Below, in pieces: positions 54,801 to 63,936 of a stretch of 64,000 nt of DNA. Source of the DNA: a virus. The stretch is taken from positions 1 to 64,000 of the IMG/VR virus record IMGVR_UViG_3300043773_000401; one strand, given 5' to 3'. The first letter of the stretch is position 1. Every line of letters starts with the position of its first letter. The position numbers were made by a program, and so were the translations under genes. A model generated the notes under the pieces. It made no database searches, had not been told where the DNA came from, and saw only the letters and a list, made by a program, of their open reading frames with translations.

Positions 54801-57185
54801 TCTAAAGTCTTCAGCTAAGAATTCACTAGGATCTACTGAAGGGAATTGTTTTCTTACTTCAGCATGTAGTGCTTCTTTCTGTGCAGGAGTTAAGAAGCTT
54901 TCTTCAAATCCATGCCATGCTTCATGATATATATCTGTATAGTCTGATCCTTTGTATAAAGTAATAGCATTAGATACCCATGATGCTACAGCATTAGGGT
55001 TACTTGTATTTACTGCATTGAATGCTTCTGTTACTGGCCACAAACTATTGAATGTAGTAGTAACAGTTTTAGCTTCACCTGTTTTAGGATCTATCTTTTT
55101 AACTGTAACTTTTTTAGTCTTAGCCCAAGCTTCAGCTGCATTAACTTTTTCTTGTAGTTCTTCTGCTGAGAGTTTTTCATTGAGAGCTTTCTGACTTCCA
55201 GTTTTATACTTAATGTTCTTTAAGATATCTAGGTCATTCTGTAAAGCTTCTACATTTAACTCTATAGGTTTTTCTTCTGCGGCTTCAGGAGTACGGATAG
55301 CTTCTACTTCTTCAGTAAGTGGTATAAATGATAAGTATCCATTAAGAGCCATTAACCTACCATTCTTAACTTCTAGTCTAGTATATGTATTAGCTTTAAC
55401 CCAATCTTTATAGGGCATAAAGTTAGATACAAGTGTTACCTGACCATCAACTGTTTTAAGTGAGAAGTCATTTACACTGATATCAGACTGAGCTAAATAT
55501 TTACCATTAAGATTTTGTATTTCTTTTACTAGTAGAGTATACTTACCATCTTTAAATAATAGACCATCAGAAGTATAAGGTTTAATAATCATAGACTTAT
55601 CTCCTGTCTTAGTAAGTACATAGTTAGTATTATCTAGTTTAAATAACATAGACATACCTTTCTTGATACCTAAGGCTTTATCCATCTTAGCATCATAGAA
55701 AGTATAACCGTCCCCGGAGAATAAACTAACATGGTTAGCTTTAATGCTAGCATCTAGTTGATTGTTTATTTCAGGATTTAGAGTAGGTAAAGAAGTTGTC
55801 TTATCAAAGCTTTCAAATACTGGAAGCTTGCTATATTGTTTAACATTTACTTCTTTAGGATATTGAAACTGTCCTTTTAGACGGTTGTATAAGATATCTC
55901 TAGTAGCAGGATCAAATCTATTATATGTAGTACCGTCTATTGTGATCTCTGTATCAGTCATGTCATCATAGTTGATACCTTCTTTTCTAGAGAATACAAA
56001 TAGGTTTAGTAATTTGATAATTGCATATGGACTTAACTGTTTACCAGTCTCATCATATACTGGAGTAGTTACTAAAGTAACAATATCATTTATCTTAGCA
56101 TCAGATAATGGTTGAGTTTGTACTTCAATAGGTTCATCCATGTATGGTACTTGGATATATACTTTACCTTCAGTGTCTGGAGTAGTAGGATTAAATACTT
56201 CTGCAATCTCTGTAAAGTAAGTTTTCTTATCTGTAAAGTTCCTAAGCCCCTTACTACCACCTATGATTTTAGATTTAACTCTTGCACCTGGGTTCTTAAG
56301 AATATGATTAATGATAAGATCTAATGTTTCTTCATCACGTTGATAAATCTCATTAGCTTCAGCCAGTGCTTGCTCAGGTGTAAGATATGGTTTATCTCTA
56401 AGAATAGTCTTAGCAAACTCTTGAGGTGTTTGTCTTTTAGTAGGATCTTGTGTTCTTACGTCAAAGAATTCTATGCGGGCAGATGGTTCAGATATATCTA
56501 CTATCTCATTATTACTATTGAAATATAAAGCATTACCATCAACATCAGTTAGTACATTTACTATTCTGTCTTCAGTACCTGCTGGCATTTCATAGTTTGG
56601 TATCTCAGATAGCATACTCATGGTTAAGTATATACCACCAGGTACAACTTCTGTCTCAGAGCTGTCATTATTAGACTTCTCTATTATACCAAGGATGTTA
56701 TTGATTACTTTGTATTTAGGATCTTCAGGATCTGTCTGTGCTCCTGTTGTAGTAAATAAATTACTAGGTCTTCTGCTTAATGGAACTCTTACTATTTTCT
56801 TGCCAATAATAGCTTGTACAGATGGGCTTTCTGGTCTTTCTGTAAATACGGGCTCATCTTTTTTAGTAGCAATGTTAAGTATCTTAGATAGAAAGTCAGG
56901 ATCTTTTTCAATCTTATCTCTTAGCTCTATAAGCTTAGCTGCATGTGGGGCAATACTATCGGATATAGTTTTATCACTAAGTAAGCTAATTAATGCAGAT
57001 GGAGTATTATAGGTATAGAATAATGCATATTGTGGATTAGTACCAAATTCTATAAAGTTATTATAGACATGTCTTAAGAATGTTTCTGGATTAGTTATCC
57101 CTACATTCTTTACAGTCTTATATATACTGTTACGTAATTTAGCTTTTATCTGAGGTAATTGTTCATCTGAAAATCCACAAAACAT
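45852..57185 (-). CDS. Virion DNA-dependent RNA polymerase (crAss-like) with N-terminal zincin
   Basis: RIPVQG...GGDFDIDKL catalytic DxDxD (~50410-50432); EADGQGY second barrel motif; YHEAWH. Confidence 0.88.
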   Translation of the reverse strand: MFCGFSDEQLPQIKAKLRNSIYKTVKNVGITNPETFLRHVYNNFIEFGTNPQYALFYTYNTPSALISLLSDKTISDSIAPHAAKLIELRDKIEKDPDFLSKILNIATKKDEPVFTERPESPSVQAIIGKKIVRVPLSRRPSNLFTTTGAQTDPEDPKYKVINNILGIIEKSNNDSSETEVVPGGIYLTMSMLSEIPNYEMPAGTEDRIVNVLTDVDGNALYFNSNNEIVDISEPSARIEFFDVRTQDPTKRQTPQEFAKTILRDKPYLTPEQALAEANEIYQRDEETLDLIINHILKNPGARVKSKIIGGSKGLRNFTDKKTYFTEIAEVFNPTTPDTEGKVYIQVPYMDEPIEVQTQPLSDAKINDIVTLVTTPVYDETGKQLSPYAIIKLLNLFVFSRKEGINYDDMTDTEITIDGTTYNRFDPATRDILYNRLKGQFQYPKEVNVKQYSKLPVFESFDKTTSLPTLNPEINNQLDASIKANHVSLFSGDGYTFYDAKMDKALGIKKGMSMLFKLDNTNYVLTKTGDKSMIIKPYTSDGLLFKDGKYTLLVKEIQNLNGKYLAQSDISVNDFSLKTVDGQVTLVSNFMPYKDWVKANTYTRLEVKNGRLMALNGYLSFIPLTEEVEAIRTPEAAEEKPIELNVEALQNDLDILKNIKYKTGSQKALNEKLSAEELQEKVNAAEAWAKTKKVTVKKIDPKTGEAKTVTTTFNSLWPVTEAFNAVNTSNPNAVASWVSNAITLYKGSDYTDIYHEAWHGFEESFLTPAQKEALHAEVRKQFPSVDPSEFLAEDFRKFAMSGGKRTIKSPVRKSMFQKIWDFLTALFYGTNIEDVMIDPYSIPMVKEMYDNLYVGNLNQYTFRQSNSALVYNKTIENLSVDEKEELSYEDSEKIVTSINSIIAKLVASYNLLGQTKKFSTVLLSNKESLNVVLKRVKAELQANRNLVLYEIQTKFKDTDKLTIDQVKELQALNYKADLLDWTVKNFGENEESPADSKKGVVPYYIMKTKFLTADEKLSLEEESKDESTTYDKRGNEKSLSDMAAPEINRILSFINDYDASGNVVTDELGFEKLDSLGNNWFDFANLLEDNLGLTDILTRLNEKAKEKTRLGAKVRQFLSYLGNPDSPDQSEQTLLSVVQSAFNITNIQLIRTTLAYNNAEGTFESTVTTSGRNVFQTKRRIDDAFYLSTGHPYIVIDSQGRYLNTNALRSAYPAVSDIEKALTKDAYQTLYNFGVILTDSREVRDALSKSKKLRNIAYALGKALGYNKELDRSKDVIRFINDKNVASSLFRDENTAFNEIANIENDFSGKNVSFMVMTAENNMQYVHSQNMSLTMMINPVNAVSNLSQLLAMPHMSHLDKSRNPMLKNHTWMSSLFEKNGNKRGDNKLVIENLSGARLVDEHDIFLMGIESFSADNSTRILSDIETFMQRGFTSTLQAGDKSSTYRTGPEKLYVDIDKLSGSVVTDKFYIHPARFLSKLDDTDLSWKNNVTNIMLPKVYNEISRIIYMTAINNDPNPSRFTEYNAVIGGQRISEVGADFVDFKDMLSEDTMAAIKKAIKDNNVAQADVDKFFATKGADIQGLIAEDLLTYFDAKLSLFNTGIAKLMGGISNKTANTLFNRYRTQSFGKQIGISNDSENKQAIANAFYVNQLIHNLESVFFFYGDFINYNHSKNEFHKRNTGIQSTGNFMRTDPGFETYINVHKNVIGSYINSPVFTGNRPAAIPTYNGVINTAIVEDVNVRSIYYDTMYAAKLKESLEQGIELEEAKRRAERDLKNYEEMNEADGQGYISFPGIRIVMEGLGIWTPSHQRIYDLILSGKNVDTKTFNYFFPTLKMQMWGPLATEGFPVFGFHKFSLTPLNPAVIKGTKLESFHNRMVEQNVHYSTYISGSKMVSITSRTENGKPAYDKFYDTETTQLATINVDYKFTVNPVYPQYFKHQLETGSEFKGKVTLSTQLKKLIPLGLMENGVPVGYTGTIDEWEALAENEKLKFEKYKLYSNYLKVLNKLAARLEKNLAEEFGFTISYENGKKVYDIKDGNFEKFVTKIRRHLDNKGLPNHIVNYIAATTDGNGIQRDLSASLQATEIENAIASLIMKRLVKPKLHGEALIQVASSGYEPTELKRSGFRKPTEEEYNKWKGTTGTNDLPYYYSKEDGTTAAMKIKVALTGSFKKLLKLPSVIKYAEENNVSTFKALNILIKQEDWLKENRDMITLLGVRIPVQGFAQMDVMEVYEFLPESAGNIIILPSEIVAKSGGDFDIDKLTILMPSYRMEKGAPKLVEDVDITESIDDLQKSREDLKAKLDKVDEDFNEQLKKFDYVFTPEDKAKIKEFRKEFKDSKKQLITRGLTASTDEELDSIHESLISLTEDYITSQGKFIKSIVTGSKDYNNILDAWTAARKPILDSLEEVRTKIDQYSYNGIQNDLIKAMREILLSKDSYTKLITPNDTYYTQPLAEDEKDGLQMFVMGNFNSKSTVFSKPAKKGIIPTKIIEPDVNYHMREVNSVSKETLGIGAKNNVTNVQFNSSGMYLLPVGQSASGKSSYTQRLLMPAYNSIMVDGQPAISLAGIFDANFERNIAEQISQLMNGWVDAAKNPYIYYLQGNKKVSPVILFLVQAGVDLKTAIYFVSQPLIREYTRTKDLLTGPYARTIVPDQFIPRNISQVNQNAFSYLMNKGIYKNVFNRTLASEGRDFVSLLQNLLNTTYASPERKEILDILRDSFIDIQDNENEEIFRKTVNNKYNQYMESLRTPQYWLALGNEGQAMFSMDENWAEMFDNNNLLQTIKDTATERGENEDNWKEKIKADKNKVLNQQMMFLMHYLQIQEMSEAVRKVSANTDFDVINIGSIFELYNRDIKIEKLLASGRLPQRPIERIISDSPVSPFNAEDALRALVTRLFKLRRSETMETFIKKKMADPTIYNKVDSSYFPTVESYMDNFVNDFMLFVFQNTILNTNTTGKEYKSRALSYDVTIKDAPYLQYGAFVKDNVLYVNRAKLVNEFQSKAYIKSADYKYTVQDETDGTQRELAINLATIPANYITTSEEYVKFVMEREVLRSIYPSIDSLYSEGTYKSIEYKIIVDDLVATGRSQEEALATGYEVFLRNKALENIGNVNFMFYSRHALANKLNYIKQNYPELADTYSVLNVIESNWGPGRDEASRIKNIMINKASLDQDEKNKYNNNIIKLSDPTVVKVPNDPAANKFISDVFTMLPIYSFLQAGLNNASRFSLNSIVPTEAIDKILEKPIAFYSKNLNEEMLKLYFDKFNRVNAYTNIEKRDRLRDYRIFGQQAASILRGLDQPTAIVTAEVQTTPIPGKNNVNLFYFDPNKAVETAKAISANVNNYYLVNSSVVPTSKARPEGQWDNTLVDPKNWTKLSKANLLGLRTLRGLTQSEQLAELSKKPGAKKPVITTPVKELSLKDTIEELNSTINELTNLRENTRLFEKGDDIEVYFVKSDSESELELKSFSKTKLGYRVVLLSGEKEYTYFVNNEGKGEKIEILTGGVFEITPEIKEKKQELQKKAEELWTSYNTKRDQQVFIQGRVPSYVISPIPEKISLSREIVDNDGNLIRREAEDEVGYKVIIPGHNLKFYLIESTGNIEDLTSGRRIDRTQFKKGLLSIGTNLEKGSENEQRLAELGFDVSKLYKPEKDLSDVSEFTDVTVTETPIIEEVSLPAYSYKISSTESLEKAKGLIDEDIDKLVNLNKAGAVVNLNPEGYGTYLKDSPNKYNRELFTHISKRLYESFGYVNPGYYLSGEEKAMAQPPIEVTDQDVADYIIKCLTGL

Positions 57186-57202
57186 ATTCTATAGTATTTT
57201 AA

Positions 57203-60200
57203 TTATAAACCACAATCACTTGGTAGATCAGAGTCATCTGGATCAGCTGGTCCATTAGGGAAGTCTGAATCATCTTTTGATATACCATCTTTAGTTTCTG
57301 AATCAAATTTAATATTTTTTCCTGAAGCTTGCTTCATTTTAGTCTCAATTAATTCAGAAAGAAACTTAGTATCTATTGTTACCATATTTTTTGCTCTTTC
57401 CGCAATGTATTCAGCAACCTTATCTTTTATCTCTGTAAGTTTAGCAATATCACCTTCGGCTTCTCTTACTTGTTTAGCAAAGTCAAGTATCATTTGAGAG
57501 TCAGCTTTACTAACTTGCATAGCCTCAGTAACTTCTGCTTGACCAGTTAATACATTAGCTAGGTTATTAGAGCTTGCTACACCACCTATTCTAATTACTT
57601 TTTGTTTTTTAGTAGGTACAAATACTGATTCAGCTGCTCTATATTTTGCTAGTGTACTAGTAATTTCTTCTGGAGTGTTACCTCTAACAGCCATATGATT
57701 CATAAAGTCTTGATCTTCAGAAGATATAAACAATACATCTAGAGCTTTCTTATATGTAGGAGTATCTATAAAAGCATATGTTCCTGTAAGTATGATCTTA
57801 TCTGGGTTATCTGCTTTAAGTTCTTTCATTTTACGGAATGCTTCAGAATAGAAGGTCTTGTTCTTAAGTGCACCAGTGGCAAGTCTATCATAGATAGCTT
57901 TACCTATATTATTTCTTTCTAGGTCAGTAAGTACATCTCCTGTTTGTTCTTCTATCAAGTCAGCTAGTACTTGATCCATATCTATAATAAGACCAGGGAA
58001 CATTCTTCCTAGTGTAGTTTTACCAGTACCCGGAGTAGCATATATAATTTTACCTATATACTCTGGCTTAATAGCTACTTCAGTTGTACCTTGAGTACCA
58101 GTTACTGGCTTAGTTTCTAAAGCATCTAGTTCTGCATCATATTTAGCATTGATTTTATTAATTACTTCTTGTTCTGTTTTAGCTTCTATTTTTTCTACAA
58201 TATTCCAATTAGTAACTCCATCAAAACTTGGAGGATAATATAACATAGCATATCCTGTAATACGTTTTGCACCTGTTTTAACATCTGTTTTTGTTTGAGG
58301 AACTACTTTACTTAAACTTCTTTTTTGTCTTAATTTAATACTTTCTTTTAATGTTTCTATTTCAGCTTTTTTATCTTGTATATCAGTAGTAGGAGTAACA
58401 GGTACTGGTCCTTTATTATATATTTCTAGGATCTGATCACTAGTAAGTGCTGTTACCTGTTCTGCTGTAAGACCATAAGCTTCTGGAGATTTCTCAAGTG
58501 CTAGTCTAGCTTCTACTACTATTGGGGTTTCTGTAACCTCTGTAACTTCTGGTTTAGGTATACCAAGTATTTGGAAGATATCTCTTGAGCTATCTATAAT
58601 AATAGTCTTATCATCAGCTTTATCAGGATTAGAACTTCTTTTAACAGATGTATAAGATCTAGTTTTAATATCAAATGTAGCTTCTAAAGGAAGTACTAAT
58701 ATTCTTTTAACTTCTATACCTGTTCTTTGCTTAAGTAATTCTCTATATGCATTAAGTTGTATCTCATCAGCTTTAGTCTTATCAGGAGTGTTAAATCTGT
58801 TTACTCCTTCTTCTGTAGTTTTAAGGTCAATGATAAATACTTCTCCCTCACTATTTACTGCAAGCATGTCTATAGTACCAGCTCTCTTACCTTTAATCTC
58901 ACCATATAATGTAGGTACATTAGTAAGAAGTACAAATCCTTTTTTCTTTAATGTAACACGGATATCTTTAAGTACTACATATAGTTGTTTATAAAACTCT
59001 GGTGTTGTATTAAGGTTAGAGAAGTCTTCTCTTGTTTCAGGATTAGATGAATTTCTTTTTTGCTCTAATAATTCCATAGCTTTTCTATAGAATTGATCTA
59101 GAGATGTAATAGTAGAATCTGGATCTAAGTATTCTCTAAGAAGGTCATCTATATGTGTACCTCTAGCAGTAGCTGCTTTAAGTTTGTTGGCTGTACCTTT
59201 GAACTCTGGTTTAAGATCTGATACTCTACCATACTCATTATCATCTTCATCAACATATACACTTTTAACTTTACCATCAGCATCTGTTATAGTTTTAAGT
59301 TGTAAAGGTTTGCTAGTAAGAGGTAGTAATCTTTTCTTTATATCCATCATGATAACACTTCTCTTTGTAGCTACTTCTGAGCTAGGTTCAAAGATCATAT
59401 TATCAATAATTGTATTCTGGTCTTCTTCAGGCATTTTAGATATCTGGTCTTCAGAATATCCTAGATCTTTTAGAAGTTCTACTTTCTCAGCTGGGGTCAG
59501 AGAAAGAATCTCACCTGGTGTAGGTTCTTCCATCTTCTGAGTTCTTAATGCATATCTTTGTAAAAGAGGTGGGATATTAGGAGAGCTCTTATAAAACTCT
59601 ACATAATCTGAAGCTCCATTTGCCATTGCTTCTGCCTGCATCTCTGCAAGTAGATCATTAGGTAAAGTATCAAACTCTTCATTCTTAATAGCATTGGTAA
59701 GATTTTCTACAGATGTTACATCTAGTTTAGTTACTATTCCACCGGGAGATGGAGCAGCAAATATTCTAGAACTAATAATATCTACAGCTTCTTTTACTAA
59801 AGAGCCATCTATATCACCTCTTATTAATTCTCTTAGTACTTGTTTAAATGCATCAAATAGTTCTTGGAATAAAGATTTATATGCAGGCTTAGTACTTTTA
59901 ATTAATGCTAGTAATGCTTGGAATCTAGGATTAGTCATAGCCTCCGTCATAAACTCTTCAGGAGTAGACAATCCTAATGGTTTTATCTGATATAATGCAG
60001 CATATTTTTCTTTGTTTTCTTCTAAGGCAAACCAGTTATTAGCATTCTCAAACATTCTATCAATCTCTTCTTTAAAAGCAGAGTCTTTAGAATATTCTGT
60101 AGTTAATATAGATTTAAGAACTTCACGGATAATAACTCTCTCCATAGGAGTATTAGCATTATTAAATTCTGCTGCTCCATATCTTAAGTCTATTTGTATA

Positions 60201-63200
60201 CCAGTTGCAACTCCTGTAGTTCCTGGTTGTGTTAATCCAGTAACAAAGTTTACAGTTGTATCTGGTCTTACTATAGGTATAAGTAGTCTTGCAAGTAATG
60301 CTTCTCCTTCTGTAGCTTGTGGACTAGCTAGTATTGCAGCTAGTACATCCTTAGCACTTTTAGCAGTAGATACTTTAGGGTCAACACCAAATGTAGCAGC
60401 TAACTGAGCTAGAGTTCTGGTATCTGAAGCATCTTTTGTAGCAAAACTTTCATCAAATTCACCAGCAGGTCTTCTTTCAATAATAGTCTTTTGCATTAAA
60501 GGTCTGCCTATTTCACGTTCATGTTCAGCAATAAGCTCTAATGCTTTATTATATTTTTCAATTATAGCAGGATCATTAGATGCAGCATTTACTTCTACAT
60601 AATCACCTTTATCTATATCTGCTGGTATTAGTAAAAACTTAGGCATTCTACCTGCTCTGAAGTCAGCTACACTATCTGGGTCTAAGAACATTCCATTATC
60701 AAATAGTTTCTGGAAAAATTTATTAGTAGATAGTATCTTTTTAAATTCTAAGTAGCCTTCTTTAAGATATGTTTTACGATTAGCAGCTACATCTTTTAAT
60801 ATGTTAGATAGTCTTTCTACATGCTCAGCAAAGTTTCTAGGATTAGATAAAATGTTTACTGCCGTTACAGCAGACCTTTGATCTTGTTTAAGAGCATAGA
60901 AGTCAATTAGTTTTTGTAAGCTTTCTTCTAGGTTATCATCTAGTAATGACTCATCTTCTTTAGCTGCCAATTCTTTCATGTAACCAAAGTAAGCTTCTTT
61001 TAAATTGGCTACTGAGTTATTAAGAAGCTCATTATCTTTTTCTGTTTCATAGTCTAAGAATTCTTCTCTTGTCATAGAAAGAATCTTATCATATTCTTGA
61101 GTCTGCTCAGTTAGTCTTTGCTCTAATGCACTAATATAGCTTTTATTAGCTTCAATAGCATCTTCTATTTCTTTTCTTTTAACTGGATCAGTTTCTGTTT
61201 CTAAGTCTACTTCTAACTCATCAATTATAAGATTAGCTTGATCTATATCCTGAGTAATTTCTTTTGATGTAGTTTCTCTTTGTTCAGATAGTTTTGTTCT
61301 GAATTCTTCATCTGTTTTATATTTCTCAGATAATTCAGCAGCACGGGTATCTTTTGATTCTAATCTAGCTCTTATATCAGATAGTGATTTGATAGAGTTA
61401 TACATTTTAGATAATCTATCATACTTAGCTTGTTTTTCTTTAGCTTGTTTTTTCTGTTCAGCTGTAGCTTCCTTAGATGAATAAGCACTTATCTCTGAAG
61501 ATAGAATACCTAGTTCATTAGATATGAAACCTAAATCAAAAAGAATACTTACATCGGTAGCTTTAATTTTTTTACCACCAGGACTAGCAACTACTTCATT
61601 AAGCATTGTTTCCATCCTATCAGCTATTCTTTCAATATTATAGTTATTGAATGTAAAGTGTAATCTAGCTATATCATATGCTCTTCCTGTTATATTATCT
61701 TTAGGAAAATCATATCTACCATATTTGTTATTAAAGTAGTTCCAGTTACTTATATACTTCTCAGCATTAGTAATAGTATTTTCTAATCTTTTTCTAACAT
61801 TAGCACCATCTTCTTGTTCTGGTTTTGCTTCAATTGCTTGTAAGAGTTCATCATCAGTTAGATCTCTTAAACTTTTGAGCTGATCTAAGATTATATCTGC
61901 TTTATCATTAGCTAGTAATGTATGTATATGAAGTGCAAGAGAAGCATCTTTACCATCATGGAATCTTTTTGCATCACCTAGTTCTGCAGCTGTCTGCATT
62001 TCTAATGCTAGATTCCTTTGTTCTAAAGCATTCTGTTCTATAAGAGAGAAGATCTCTTGAGGTGTTGAGCCACTCTTTTGCATCTCAACAGCATTCATTG
62101 CTTCTATAAGATTATCTAAAGCTTTATCTCTAGCTTCTTTTTCTTTCTTAAGAGCTTCTTTGTTTTGTATTTCTACTCCTAAAATCTTATCAGGTCCATA
62201 CTTTTGATAAATAGAAACAGGTGCTTCAAAAACTACTTTTTGAGTAACTTGTGATAAACCACCCATTAATAAACCAGATAGGAATACATCTAATCCTTGT
62301 GCAGACATTTGACTTTCTACACCAGCACCAAATGCTTTTAACATAATTTCTTTATTACCAGCTAGCTGAGGATTCTTGTATATAGATGAGTAGTAATCTT
62401 TTATTGCTACTGATACTCCTTCTTGATAAAGTTCTTGTACACCCTCAATATAATTAGCTGCACCATATCTTAATAGTCCACCAGTTCCAGCTAATCCAGC
62501 TTGTTTATAAAAAGCTCTTTTAGTTAAAAGTCCTAATCCTCTTTCATATGCTTTATAGGCATCAGTACCTAGTTTTTTCCAATCATTATTTTTAAGAATT
62601 ATTTTACCAGCTGTTTGTAATCTAGTAAAGTTAAATCCTTTTAATGCTTTATCTAATACAAGCTTATTGCTATATAAGATAGCAGGTATATTGGCTAGTG
62701 TTGTTTTATCACCAGCAGTCTTAGCATTTTGATATATTTCTTTTGCAGCATCACTTTCAGCATCTGGTATTCTTCCATTCTGTTGATAGTATTCATGCAT
62801 GAGTTTATCAAACTGATCTTTTTGTACAAATCCACCTTCTAGTTTAGCTTCATCAAAAGCAGCATTAATCATCCTCATATCTCTATAGAATGCACCAAAG
62901 CCTTTTCTTAACATTGCTGCATCAGATAGTTTATCTACATGTTTTAGTTGATTAAAACCTCTTATATAATCTGTTGTTTGTTCTAAAGGGTTAAAAAAGT
63001 CTAGAGCAGCTCTACCAGCTCCTGCTCCAAATGCTTTAGCTCCTGCAAAAAAGTTTCTAGCAGTAGATACATCTCTAAGAGTATGTACAGTTTGTTTTAA
63101 GGACTTAACTCCTTTTACATAATCTAATACTTTAGATATTTCATTACCTAATCTAAATACATTTTGTCCAGTTTTAGCTGCTGCAAATCCACTAGCTCCA

Positions 63201-63934
63201 CCACCAGTAGCAAAAGACACACCCATTAAAGCTACTTCTTCAAGAAGTATTTCTGTTAATATACCAGCTGTATATGCAAAGTTACCTACTAAGTTAGTAA
63301 AGAAAGCACCTGTCCCTCCTCTTGATGAGTTAGCTATGGACATTGCTTTTTCCATCTTCTCAGCATTTTTGATATCACCAGCTAAACTATAGTCTCCCCA
63401 GTTTTCAAAGTTACCTACAATTGCATCTTGCCATAGGGTACCCCATTGACCAGTCATTCTAGAAAAATCATCTGCCCAGCTAGAGTTAGCATTATATAAT
63501 GATTCATTATCTCTGAATGGTGAAAAGCCAAGTTCTTTAAACTTTGGATGATGATAATATCTATTATAATTCAAACCATACATTGAGCCATTAAAGCTTA
63601 TTGGTTTGAAAGCTGCCATCTCATCTTGATAAGCAGCACCATTTCTTAACTTATCTGCAAATAAAGATACACGTTTATCAGCAGGCATATTTAATGATCT
63701 AGCTGGATTAGGACCAGTCATTACATTACCTGATAAATAATTTTGAATATTTACTGATTTCTCAAACCCATTTGGTACAGCATTTTTTAATGCAGAGGTA
63801 AGAGCATAAGTATTTTTCTCATTTTCATATTGCTGATTAAACTCACTAGTTACATCCTGAACTATCTTAGTAGCTTCATCCTTATTTTTGTAATATGAAT
63901 TCCAGTCAAAATTTTGTAAAGGATTTTCTGGCAT
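57203..63934 (-). CDS. Giant virion-ejected protein with Gly-rich hydrophobic N-region, PD-(D/E)XK nuclease and P-loop kinase-like domains
   Basis: RGTHID...AGTIDML...IIDLKT...QLNAY; YATPGTGKTT...IIDMD; adjacent to the vRNAP gene. Confidence 0.8.
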   Translation of the reverse strand: MPENPLQNFDWNSYYKNKDEATKIVQDVTSEFNQQYENEKNTYALTSALKNAVPNGFEKSVNIQNYLSGNVMTGPNPARSLNMPADKRVSLFADKLRNGAAYQDEMAAFKPISFNGSMYGLNYNRYYHHPKFKELGFSPFRDNESLYNANSSWADDFSRMTGQWGTLWQDAIVGNFENWGDYSLAGDIKNAEKMEKAMSIANSSRGGTGAFFTNLVGNFAYTAGILTEILLEEVALMGVSFATGGGASGFAAAKTGQNVFRLGNEISKVLDYVKGVKSLKQTVHTLRDVSTARNFFAGAKAFGAGAGRAALDFFNPLEQTTDYIRGFNQLKHVDKLSDAAMLRKGFGAFYRDMRMINAAFDEAKLEGGFVQKDQFDKLMHEYYQQNGRIPDAESDAAKEIYQNAKTAGDKTTLANIPAILYSNKLVLDKALKGFNFTRLQTAGKIILKNNDWKKLGTDAYKAYERGLGLLTKRAFYKQAGLAGTGGLLRYGAANYIEGVQELYQEGVSVAIKDYYSSIYKNPQLAGNKEIMLKAFGAGVESQMSAQGLDVFLSGLLMGGLSQVTQKVVFEAPVSIYQKYGPDKILGVEIQNKEALKKEKEARDKALDNLIEAMNAVEMQKSGSTPQEIFSLIEQNALEQRNLALEMQTAAELGDAKRFHDGKDASLALHIHTLLANDKADIILDQLKSLRDLTDDELLQAIEAKPEQEDGANVRKRLENTITNAEKYISNWNYFNNKYGRYDFPKDNITGRAYDIARLHFTFNNYNIERIADRMETMLNEVVASPGGKKIKATDVSILFDLGFISNELGILSSEISAYSSKEATAEQKKQAKEKQAKYDRLSKMYNSIKSLSDIRARLESKDTRAAELSEKYKTDEEFRTKLSEQRETTSKEITQDIDQANLIIDELEVDLETETDPVKRKEIEDAIEANKSYISALEQRLTEQTQEYDKILSMTREEFLDYETEKDNELLNNSVANLKEAYFGYMKELAAKEDESLLDDNLEESLQKLIDFYALKQDQRSAVTAVNILSNPRNFAEHVERLSNILKDVAANRKTYLKEGYLEFKKILSTNKFFQKLFDNGMFLDPDSVADFRAGRMPKFLLIPADIDKGDYVEVNAASNDPAIIEKYNKALELIAEHEREIGRPLMQKTIIERRPAGEFDESFATKDASDTRTLAQLAATFGVDPKVSTAKSAKDVLAAILASPQATEGEALLARLLIPIVRPDTTVNFVTGLTQPGTTGVATGIQIDLRYGAAEFNNANTPMERVIIREVLKSILTTEYSKDSAFKEEIDRMFENANNWFALEENKEKYAALYQIKPLGLSTPEEFMTEAMTNPRFQALLALIKSTKPAYKSLFQELFDAFKQVLRELIRGDIDGSLVKEAVDIISSRIFAAPSPGGIVTKLDVTSVENLTNAIKNEEFDTLPNDLLAEMQAEAMANGASDYVEFYKSSPNIPPLLQRYALRTQKMEEPTPGEILSLTPAEKVELLKDLGYSEDQISKMPEEDQNTIIDNMIFEPSSEVATKRSVIMMDIKKRLLPLTSKPLQLKTITDADGKVKSVYVDEDDNEYGRVSDLKPEFKGTANKLKAATARGTHIDDLLREYLDPDSTITSLDQFYRKAMELLEQKRNSSNPETREDFSNLNTTPEFYKQLYVVLKDIRVTLKKKGFVLLTNVPTLYGEIKGKRAGTIDMLAVNSEGEVFIIDLKTTEEGVNRFNTPDKTKADEIQLNAYRELLKQRTGIEVKRILVLPLEATFDIKTRSYTSVKRSSNPDKADDKTIIIDSSRDIFQILGIPKPEVTEVTETPIVVEARLALEKSPEAYGLTAEQVTALTSDQILEIYNKGPVPVTPTTDIQDKKAEIETLKESIKLRQKRSLSKVVPQTKTDVKTGAKRITGYAMLYYPPSFDGVTNWNIVEKIEAKTEQEVINKINAKYDAELDALETKPVTGTQGTTEVAIKPEYIGKIIYATPGTGKTTLGRMFPGLIIDMDQVLADLIEEQTGDVLTDLERNNIGKAIYDRLATGALKNKTFYSEAFRKMKELKADNPDKIILTGTYAFIDTPTYKKALDVLFISSEDQDFMNHMAVRGNTPEEITSTLAKYRAAESVFVPTKKQKVIRIGGVASSNNLANVLTGQAEVTEAMQVSKADSQMILDFAKQVREAEGDIAKLTEIKDKVAEYIAERAKNMVTIDTKFLSELIETKMKQASGKNIKFDSETKDGISKDDSDFPNGPADPDDSDLPSDCGL

Positions 63935-63936
63935 GA

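Noticed and set aside
38363-60407. Short + strand ORFs inside the three giant genes (and - strand ORFs such as 2512..3066, 3599..3907, 12322..12681, 29350..29661)
   Set aside because: Ser/Leu/Ile/Phe-rich antisense shadows of real genes or of low-complexity DNA
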